Shown here piece by piece: positions 1-6,441 of a stretch of 10,883 bases of DNA. The stretch covers positions 1-10,883 of the forward strand of contig JBEKIG010000031.1 of NCBI GenBank assembly GCA_050011875.1, written 5' to 3'. Position 1 is the stretch's first letter. Each line of letters begins with the position of its first letter. The stretch comes from Nitrososphaeria archaeon. Lineage in GTDB: Archaea > Thermoproteota > Nitrososphaeria > JACIWG01. The position numbers were made by a program, and so were the translations under genes. The notes below the pieces were generated by a model that did no database searches, had not been told where the DNA came from, and worked only from the letters and a program-made list of their open reading frames with translations.

Positions 1-249
1 ATGGAAAACAGAGGGGTGAAAAATATAATTGGGATCGCGAACGGGCCGGGGAAACTAACTAAAGCGATGAACATAACTATGGAACATTACGGAATAGACC
101 TTACAGAGGAGGGGGAGCTATTCGTTATAGCGCATGAAACAGATGAAAAACCTTCTATTGTAACCTCCAAGAGGATTGGCATCAAGAAGGCCTCCGAAAA
201 GCTGTGGCGATTTTACATAAAAGACAACCCTTTCGTATCAAAAACCTGA
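1..249 (+). CDS. mpg: DNA-3-methyladenine glycosylase (MPG/AAG family), C-terminal part; 5'-truncated by the window edge
   Basis: Family motifs NGPGKL, (S)KRIGI and WRFYIKDNPFVS. Only 82 aa are visible, so the ATG at 1 is an internal Met. Confidence 0.9.
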   Translation: MENRGVKNIIGIANGPGKLTKAMNITMEHYGIDLTEEGELFVIAHETDEKPSIVTSKRIGIKKASEKLWRFYIKDNPFVSKT

Positions 250-383
250 TATATCAACTATCAAAGCTCAGCCCAAATATTTGGGTGTGACTTATAAAGA
301 AGACTAAGCAGACCATAGGTTAAGAGCAAAATAGATGTGAAAGCGCACGCTATTTTAGGAAAGCGTCTTATCCAGAGCTAGTT

Positions 384-397
384 GGGAAACTTTATTA
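384..397 (+). promoter_or_regulatory. Putative archaeal BRE/TATA promoter of the 451..1425 gene
   Basis: GGGAAAC followed by TTTATTA, about 55 nt upstream of the ATG. Confidence 0.55.
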
Positions 398-450
398 GTC
401 TATACAGATAATAATAAAAGTATATAGTGATTGTTTTTGAAGTGTGAAAA

Positions 451-1425
451 ATGAATTATAGTGAATTAGTTGAAGTGGCTTTTAAGAGACTGGAAGAGTT
501 AGGTTTACACGATGCGATTAGAAGGTTCAAGGGAGAACCTGCAGGTTGTGAGAGCGGTTACACTTCTGTGACAAATAGGAAATTTTTTGATCAAATTTCA
601 TTTAAGATGAGGCTGATAGACTCAAAATGGGCGGACACTAGTACCGAGTTGTTTGGTCAGCGACTAAAGACACCCGTTGTGAGTGGTGCGATGAGTGGTA
701 TGGCTAATCTTGAGAAAGAACCTCTTCGGAAAATAGCCTGGGGGTTGGCTGAAGCCGGCTCAATGATCTGGGTCGGAATCTGCTCAAACGAGGAGTTGGA
801 GCTAGTTTTTGGGGAGAAAGCACCTGTAGTAGTGATCTCGAAACCTTGGATTGAAAATGAGAAGATCATCGAGAGAATAGGTTTTGCTGAGGATCTTGGT
901 GCTGTCGCCGTGGGTGTGGATATCGATCACTCATTTGGTCCCAAAAGCGGTGATGAAGTACGTTTGAAAGATCAGGTGGGACCAAAAACCTTGGATGACC
1001 TGAAGAACATAATTTCTACTGTACATGTTCCTTTTGTGATTAAGGGAGTTCTGAGCGTAGAGGACGCGATCAAGGCAGGAGAAGTCGGAGCAAAGTCAAT
1101 TGTCGTCTCAAACCACATGGGATCTACCATAGACTACGCGGCTAACCCACTCCAGATCCTTCCCAAAGTGGTCGAAGCCACGTCAGATAAACTGGTTATA
1201 TTGGTGGACAGCGGCTTCAGGAGGGGAACAGACGTCCTTAAAGGTTTGGCCTTGGGAGCAAAAGGAGTACTTATGGGAACCAACATCTACATGGGTTTAG
1301 CTGCTAATGGTGCAAATGGTGTAAGGGATATGATCGTAGCGGTCACTGACGAGTTGCGCAGGGCTATGAGCCTCACCGGATGCGCCAAAGTTGACGACAT
1401 AACCAGTAACATACTCATTTCCTAA
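451..1425 (+). CDS. FMN-dependent alpha-hydroxy-acid dehydrogenase/oxidase family protein (divergent active site)
   Basis: DTSTELFGQRLKTPV, PFVIKGVLSVEDA, IVVSNH, DSGFRRGTDVLKGLALGAKGV and ELRRAMSLTGC match the glycolate/lactate oxidase-type FMN TIM barrel. Confidence 0.9.
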   Translation: MNYSELVEVAFKRLEELGLHDAIRRFKGEPAGCESGYTSVTNRKFFDQISFKMRLIDSKWADTSTELFGQRLKTPVVSGAMSGMANLEKEPLRKIAWGLAEAGSMIWVGICSNEELELVFGEKAPVVVISKPWIENEKIIERIGFAEDLGAVAVGVDIDHSFGPKSGDEVRLKDQVGPKTLDDLKNIISTVHVPFVIKGVLSVEDAIKAGEVGAKSIVVSNHMGSTIDYAANPLQILPKVVEATSDKLVILVDSGFRRGTDVLKGLALGAKGVLMGTNIYMGLAANGANGVRDMIVAVTDELRRAMSLTGCAKVDDITSNILIS

Positions 1426-1532
1426 GTGCCTTATCGTGATTTGAGAAAGATGAAGCTGACCTACTACATAATCTTTCAATGCGCACCGACGGTTTAAATG
1501 CTCAAGACTTTATGATGTAATCGATTATTTAT

Positions 1533-1550
1533 GGTAAAAAGTATTAAATA
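1533..1550 (+). promoter_or_regulatory. Putative BRE/TATA promoter giving a leaderless transcript of the 1574 gene
   Basis: GGTAAAAAG-TATTAAATA ends 23 nt before the ATG at 1574, and there is no SD sequence. Confidence 0.6.
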
Positions 1551-1573
1551 TCAGTAGAAAGAATAGAATTTTT

Positions 1574-2785
1574 ATGAGAATCACTAAAGTGGAGGCCCTA
1601 GTATCCGCTACAAGACCACCATTTGTCTATGCAAAGGTTAGCACAAGCAACGGTCTCGTTGGATACGGCGAATGTGAGCATATGTTCGAATACGCTCCAC
1701 CGGAGAATTTCACCACATCCATAGAAGCCTTAGGTAAATATGTTGTTGGAATGGATCCCTTCGACACAGAGCTGGCATGGTACACTTTGACACAGACTTT
1801 CCACATGTGGAACGCGCAGGGGAATCTCGGGGCTATCGGAGCCATAGATACCGCGCTCCTAGACATCAAAGGGAAAGCCCTTAACACGCCGGTCTACAAT
1901 CTCCTCGGCGGGAAATTCCGAGACAAGGTAAGGCTCTACTGCCACATCTTGGAGGGCTCAGGAGGGGAGAGAAAGGATGAACGGGAGAGGAAGACGACGC
2001 CTGAGACGATAGCAGAGGGCGCCAAGGAGCAGGTCAGACACGGCTTCACCGTCCTAAAATTCGACCCCTTCACTATAGTCTACTGGGAAGAGATCGATGA
2101 CCCCCAGATTTCCGCTCAGGGCGTGGTCAGATCGGCAAGGTTTCAGAGAGACTTCGGCATGAACTACCCCAGGAAACTAGTGCCAAGAGCCATTGAACTG
2201 GTAAAGGCAGTCAGGGATGCTGTAGGTCCTAAAGTGGACATATGCCTCGACATCCATGGACGGTTTGATGTAGAATCCGCCGTAAGGATCGGAAGGCTCT
2301 TGGAACCATACGACCTATTCTTCTATGAGGAACCGATTCCACCAGGCAACATTGAAGCCCTAAGATATGTGCGGCAACGAGTAAACATTCCAATCTGTGT
2401 AGGAGAGCGAAGATACTTCGTTGATGAATTTCGACGACTCTTCGAACTCGAGGCTACCGACATAATCATGCCCGACACATGCAGAATGGGGCTATCATGG
2501 GTGAAGAAGATCTCGGACATGGCTCTGATTTACCATGTGCCAGTGGCTCCACATGTCGTAAATTCCAGTCCTCTAAATGCCGTTATTGCAGCTCACGCTT
2601 GCGCATCGATACCCAACTTCCTTATCTCAGAATCCATGGGGCCTCAGCGGCTGGAACTCTACAAGGACTTGCTAAAGCCTCAGATCCTCCCCGAGAATGG
2701 ATACCTAAGAGTTCCTGATAAGCCGGGACTAGGCGTGGAACTCAACGAAGACAACCTTACCAAGGAATATGACACATTGGAATAG
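1574..2785 (+). CDS. Mandelate racemase/muconate lactonizing enzyme family protein, galactonate/gluconate dehydratase (DgoD)-like
   Basis: GxGE capping domain, GAIDTALLDIKGKALNTPVYNLLGG, KFD, metal-ligand segments LDIHGR / FYEEP / VGER, IMPD, APH and PDKPGLGVELNE. Confidence 0.92.
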   Translation: MRITKVEALVSATRPPFVYAKVSTSNGLVGYGECEHMFEYAPPENFTTSIEALGKYVVGMDPFDTELAWYTLTQTFHMWNAQGNLGAIGAIDTALLDIKGKALNTPVYNLLGGKFRDKVRLYCHILEGSGGERKDERERKTTPETIAEGAKEQVRHGFTVLKFDPFTIVYWEEIDDPQISAQGVVRSARFQRDFGMNYPRKLVPRAIELVKAVRDAVGPKVDICLDIHGRFDVESAVRIGRLLEPYDLFFYEEPIPPGNIEALRYVRQRVNIPICVGERRYFVDEFRRLFELEATDIIMPDTCRMGLSWVKKISDMALIYHVPVAPHVVNSSPLNAVIAAHACASIPNFLISESMGPQRLELYKDLLKPQILPENGYLRVPDKPGLGVELNEDNLTKEYDTLE

Positions 2786-2820
2786 GATAGTTTATTATCA
2801 GATTAAATTTGGATCCTAGG

Positions 2821-2830
2821 CCCCCTTTTT
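2821..2830 (+). terminator. Possible archaeal oligo-pyrimidine/oligo-T terminator
   Basis: CCCCCTTTTT lies 35 nt after the dehydratase stop codon. Confidence 0.4.
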
Positions 2831-3151
2831 AATATAATTACCCTCAGATACACCAGCTGTGTTAGATTTTTACTAATTCTAATATTTAGGTTTTAAAAAA
2901 GAAAGTAGGTTAGTTGGCTTGTCTGTTGATATTTCCCTATCGCTATCAGCATTTTAGAAGATTCTAAAAATCGTTTCATGCGTTTTTGAACCCTAATTAA
3001 CATTAAGTTATATTTATTTGATTAAGACTTGTTTTAGATTAAAACCCATTGCAATTGCATTATCTGCAACATTTGCATATATTGAGAAGAACAGCTTAAC
3101 TACAAAGTAGAATATTTTAAATGAATGCCAGCACAGTAAAAGGCTGCAAAT

Positions 3152-3165
3152 CACAAACTTTATCA
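3152..3165 (+). promoter_or_regulatory. Putative BRE/TATA promoter of the methyltransferase
   Basis: CACAAAC-TTTATCA. The spacing places the TSS downstream of ATG 3180, which favours a TTG start at 3195 or 3204. Confidence 0.5.
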
Positions 3166-3203
3166 ACATCCTAAGTGCTATGTTTAAAATAGATTTGCCG
3201 GTT

Positions 3204-3677
3204 TTGTCTCTAGCTCCGTTCGTTCCATCTCCGCCCATAGTTGTCGACGCGATGCTTAAGTTGGCGGATCTGAAGGCTGGTGAGAAGCTATGCGACCTCG
3301 GCTGCGGCGACGGTCGCTTTCTCATTTCCGCCGTCCAAGGGTATGGAGTGAAGGCGGTGGGCGTTGAATACAATCATGATCGAGCCGAAGGGGCCATGCG
3401 GAGGATCCGTGAACTTAAGCTTGAAAGCATGATTCAAATAATCGAAGGCGACGCCATGAACGTCGATGTTAGCGACGTTGATGTAATTGTGCTTTACTTG
3501 ACGCCCACCGGTAACGAGAAGTTGAAGCCAAAGTTTGAGAGGGAGCTGAGGCATGGGACTCGCGTCCTCAGCCATGACTTCAAGTTCCACGGTTGGAAGC
3601 CTTTAAGGAAAGGGAAGATCAGTGAGGGCAAATATTTTTGGTCCAATCAGCACACCATCTGGGTCTACAAAGTCTAG
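3204..3677 (+). CDS. Class I SAM-dependent protein-lysine N-methyltransferase, archaeal aKMT / FAM173-like. The ORF is open from 3180; the likely start is TTG 3204 (MSLAPFVPSP) or 3195
   Basis: PFVPSP pre-motif, DLGCGDGR motif I, AVGVE, N-E-K-L-K-P-K-F-E-R-E-L, GTRVLSHDF, GW-P and HTIWVY closely follow Sulfolobus aKMT as I recall it. Confidence 0.88.
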   Translation: MSLAPFVPSPPIVVDAMLKLADLKAGEKLCDLGCGDGRFLISAVQGYGVKAVGVEYNHDRAEGAMRRIRELKLESMIQIIEGDAMNVDVSDVDVIVLYLTPTGNEKLKPKFERELRHGTRVLSHDFKFHGWKPLRKGKISEGKYFWSNQHTIWVYKV

Positions 3678-3751
3678 ATGGTTCGTTCGCCCCCGCGATT
3701 AACTTATGCCATGAGACAGTAGGATTTCCGTTCCGCGTCTACTCATCCCCC

Positions 3752-3847
3752 GAGAAGCTTCCTTCAGCAAAGATGGTCATGGCAGCGATCCTTATCGTAG
3801 TAGGCATCCTCCTATTTTCAGCCATCATTTCCTTAGTTAATAATTGA
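3752..3847 (+). pseudogene. Possible remnant of a membrane-protein C-terminus (EamA/DMT-like last helix) or a 24-aa single-TM sORF starting at ATG 3773
   Basis: Translates as EKLPSAKMVMAAILIVVGILLFSAIISLVNN*, a clean hydrophobic helix. The upstream part of the frame is not protein-like. Confidence 0.35.
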
Positions 3848-4074
3848 AAACCTTAAAGCTCATGACCACATATAAATTCGATAGATTTTTTAAAACCTGT
3901 ATCCTAGGATGTAAAGAAAGATCCTTTCAAAGCTAACCTTATATAGAAATAGAAATCTAAAGTAAGACACTGGTTTTAAACCTTCTTCTCACTTGCATTC
4001 TGAATAAACGTCAGCCATTTGTTATCTCCCTTATCGGAGCACGATCAATGGGTGCTTCTATATCCAAGTCACTC

Positions 4075-4740
4075 CTAGAATCCGATTGCCTCCTTAACTA
4101 GCACAACTGTAGCTCGACCCGGCATCTTCTCACTGTTTATGATGAGAATCTTCGAGATGGAGCTGGGGTTTCCGATCGCCTGTCGTGAGCGAATGTCTTC
4201 CATAGGGTAACTGTAGGTTTCAATCCGCCGCATGGCTGTTTCAAGGTCGGGAACGATCTTCTGAGCTCCGACCACCCATACTACCCTTCCTGCGCCTGCT
4301 GCGTACGGCCCAAGCTGGCTGCCAGTTGCCGACGCCACCACTAGACGTCCATCCTCGGTTACGGCGTGTACGCTACCGACAACGACATCCGGGGCAGCCC
4401 CGAGCTTCACCATCTCTCGGAATTGCGTCTTGCGATCCATTTTAGCGAGCTGCTGGCGCAGCGATTGATATTTCCCGGACTGATTGATGTCCTCATACAG
4501 CCCCGAGAGCCGGATGGTCTCGCTTGTAGCTGTGAATATCACCTGGTCGTGCGGTAGGATGCTGTTCACAAATATCCGGGCACCGGCGACCGTATCGACA
4601 ACCTCCACCACGAAACCATGGCTGCGAAGGGCTGTTGAGGCATGCTGAAATCCATCCTCAGAGGTGGGGATTGCAAATCGATAGTCGATCGGTAGCCCGT
4701 ACTGGGTCGTGGACGTGCCACCGCTTCCCGTGCTAATCAT
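4075..4740 (-). CDS. LUD-domain (DUF162; LutC/YkgG-like lactate utilization domain) protein
   Basis: DVVVGSVHAVTEDGRLVVASATGSQL, RVVWVVGAQKIVPDLETAMRRI and VVLVKEAIGF C-terminus; archaeal RBS AAAGGTGA upstream. Confidence 0.85.
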   Translation of the reverse strand: MISTGSGGTSTTQYGLPIDYRFAIPTSEDGFQHASTALRSHGFVVEVVDTVAGARIFVNSILPHDQVIFTATSETIRLSGLYEDINQSGKYQSLRQQLAKMDRKTQFREMVKLGAAPDVVVGSVHAVTEDGRLVVASATGSQLGPYAAGAGRVVWVVGAQKIVPDLETAMRRIETYSYPMEDIRSRQAIGNPSSISKILIINSEKMPGRATVVLVKEAIGF

Positions 4741-4746
4741 GCAGTA

Positions 4747-4815
4747 TCACCTTTACTAAACAAAGCAGCGATCCACTCATAATTTTGAAAAACACGTAGA
4801 TTCTTTTAAGCTTTG
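4747..4815 (-). promoter_or_regulatory. RBS (AAAGGTGA, 4747..4754) and putative BRE/TATA (CAAAG-CTTAAAA, 4804..4815) of the LUD gene
   Basis: Read on the minus strand; GGTGA lies 6 nt before the ATG. Confidence 0.6.
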
Positions 4816-4907
4816 AGAATTATCATGAGTTGCATACCCAAATGAAGGTAAATCTCGGATGTCGCATTCTAATATCATCATATTATAGGCACTTGCACCC
4901 ATTTTTT

Positions 4908-4922
4908 AAAAAACCTTTAATA
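4908..4922 (+). promoter_or_regulatory. Putative BRE/TATA promoter for a leaderless Gfo/Idh/MocA transcript
   Basis: AAAAAACC-TTTAATA ends 21 nt upstream of ATG 4944. Confidence 0.6.
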
Positions 4923-4943
4923 AGGCTTAGAAGTCAAAAAAAT

Positions 4944-5921
4944 ATGGAAGTTTTAGTTTTAGGCTGCAGGGGTTTTGGTAGAATACACATTGATGCTCTA
5001 AAAAAGTTAGACGTGGAAGTGAGCGCCTTCGCAAGAACTGAAGAAGCGTTAGAGGAATGCTCTAAATACGCCAAGTTGAAGAAATCCTTCACCGACATCG
5101 ATGAAGCATTAAATTCTCCAGCTGACGTAGTAGACATCATACTGCCCCACAGCATGCACAAAGAGGTCGCCATCAAGGCGTTGAAGAAGGGAAAACATGT
5201 TATAGTCGAGAAGCCAATAGCTACAACGGTTCAGGACGCGTGGGAGATGATTAAGACCGCTAAAGAGATGAAGAGGAAGTTCATGGTCGCGGAGCAGTTC
5301 TTCTTCGACCCCTCTGTCAAAGTTGCAAAGAAACTGATAGAGGAAGGGAAAATAGGAAAAGTTCACTCCATTATAATGAGGGACCAGATGAAGTGGAATG
5401 TGGGAGAAAGATGGTATGGTGGTGTACGAGGAGGATGGAGGCTTAGCAAAAAAGAGATGGGAGGAGGGAACCTGATAGATGGAGGAATCCACTTCATGGA
5501 CACCTTCCTCAACCTTGGAGGGGAGTATAAGGAAGTTAAGGCCTTCACCTATAAAACTGGGAATATATTGGAGGGGGAAGATGAAACCATGGCGCTTTTT
5601 AGGTTTAAATCTGGTGCGTACGGCATGTTCTACCATAGCTGGGACTACCCTTATCCTCCTTTACTCCCAAGATTCGAGGTTGTCGGCGACGTAGGAAGCA
5701 TAGTTGAAGATGCACGGTCGAGGAAAAAGAGGCCTTACGGGTCTCTCATCGTGAACGGAAAACTGTTACCCGTCAAAGATGTCGACTTACATTACGAAAT
5801 GCTGAAAGGTTTCATTACGAGCATTAAGGAGGACTCCGAAGTCCCCTTCCCCCCTGAGTTAGAGGTGAGAGATTTGGAGGGGATCATGGCAATATATTCA
5901 GCAAGCAACTCGTTTAAGTAA
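4944..5921 (+). CDS. Gfo/Idh/MocA family NAD(P)-dependent oxidoreductase. Start reassigned from 4830 to ATG 4944
   Basis: Rossmann start MEVLVLGCRGFGRIH, LPHSMH, GKHVIVEKPIA, GWR...GGGNLIDGGIHFMD and ED. The 38 codons upstream are not protein-like and contain the promoter. Confidence 0.92.
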   Translation: MEVLVLGCRGFGRIHIDALKKLDVEVSAFARTEEALEECSKYAKLKKSFTDIDEALNSPADVVDIILPHSMHKEVAIKALKKGKHVIVEKPIATTVQDAWEMIKTAKEMKRKFMVAEQFFFDPSVKVAKKLIEEGKIGKVHSIIMRDQMKWNVGERWYGGVRGGWRLSKKEMGGGNLIDGGIHFMDTFLNLGGEYKEVKAFTYKTGNILEGEDETMALFRFKSGAYGMFYHSWDYPYPPLLPRFEVVGDVGSIVEDARSRKKRPYGSLIVNGKLLPVKDVDLHYEMLKGFITSIKEDSEVPFPPELEVRDLEGIMAIYSASNSFK

Positions 5922-6069
5922 CGAACTTCGAAATCCTCCTCTTAATTTACCAGTAAATTAATGCGCGAATCCCACCCCTAAAGTAACTAGTAATCGCTAT
6001 GTTTATATAACATAGCAATATCATCGGTGGGAAATAGACGAGCTTAGAAGGGAGAAGCATAGACACTAT

Positions 6070-6441
6070 ATGAGAGGCTACTATCGTAGAAATAAAGTTC
6101 GTATCCACGACTTGGATAGGAAAAAAAAGTTAGCGGAAAAGATGCCTAAAAAGTGCCCTATCTGCGGTGAAACCAAAGTTTTCGCCCCCAAACATAGGAA
6201 ATACTGTTCAAGTAAATGCTTGAAGAAAGCTTTGAACTTAACGACTAGAAACTATCATAAAAGGTGGGAAAGTAAGAAGTTTTCGATTTTGGTGCCTAAA
6301 CGGCCTATTCTACAAGATCTTCTGCAAAAATTTGAGCAAGAACGCCAAATAAAGGCTGTGTTCAGCCTCACCAGCATCGACGGCGAAGTGGAACAAAACA
6401 AAAATGGCAGCCTTTATAACCAAAGGTCTTTGACGACATAG
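6070..6441 (+). CDS. Small basic hypothetical protein with a CxxC...YCSxxC zinc finger (putative nucleic-acid binding)
   Basis: CPICG-x12-YCSSKC flanked by Arg/Lys-rich helices; TATA box TTTATATAA at 6002..6010. The 3' end overlaps the convergent AOR gene by 28 nt, so the C-terminus is uncertain. Confidence 0.6.
   Translation: MRGYYRRNKVRIHDLDRKKKLAEKMPKKCPICGETKVFAPKHRKYCSSKCLKKALNLTTRNYHKRWESKKFSILVPKRPILQDLLQKFEQERQIKAVFSLTSIDGEVEQNKNGSLYNQRSLTT

Noticed and set aside
3014-3373. 119-aa minus ORF as a full gene
   Set aside because: Its 5' half is antisense to the aKMT gene and crosses its promoter. Only the tail is kept, as a possible remnant.
4830-4943. N-terminal extension of the Gfo/Idh/MocA ORF
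   Set aside because: Not protein-like and contains the BRE/TATA; the Rossmann fold starts at ATG 4944.
5109-5636. 175-aa minus ORF and other short ORFs inside the Gfo/Idh/MocA gene
   Set aside because: Shadow frames of a well-supported gene.
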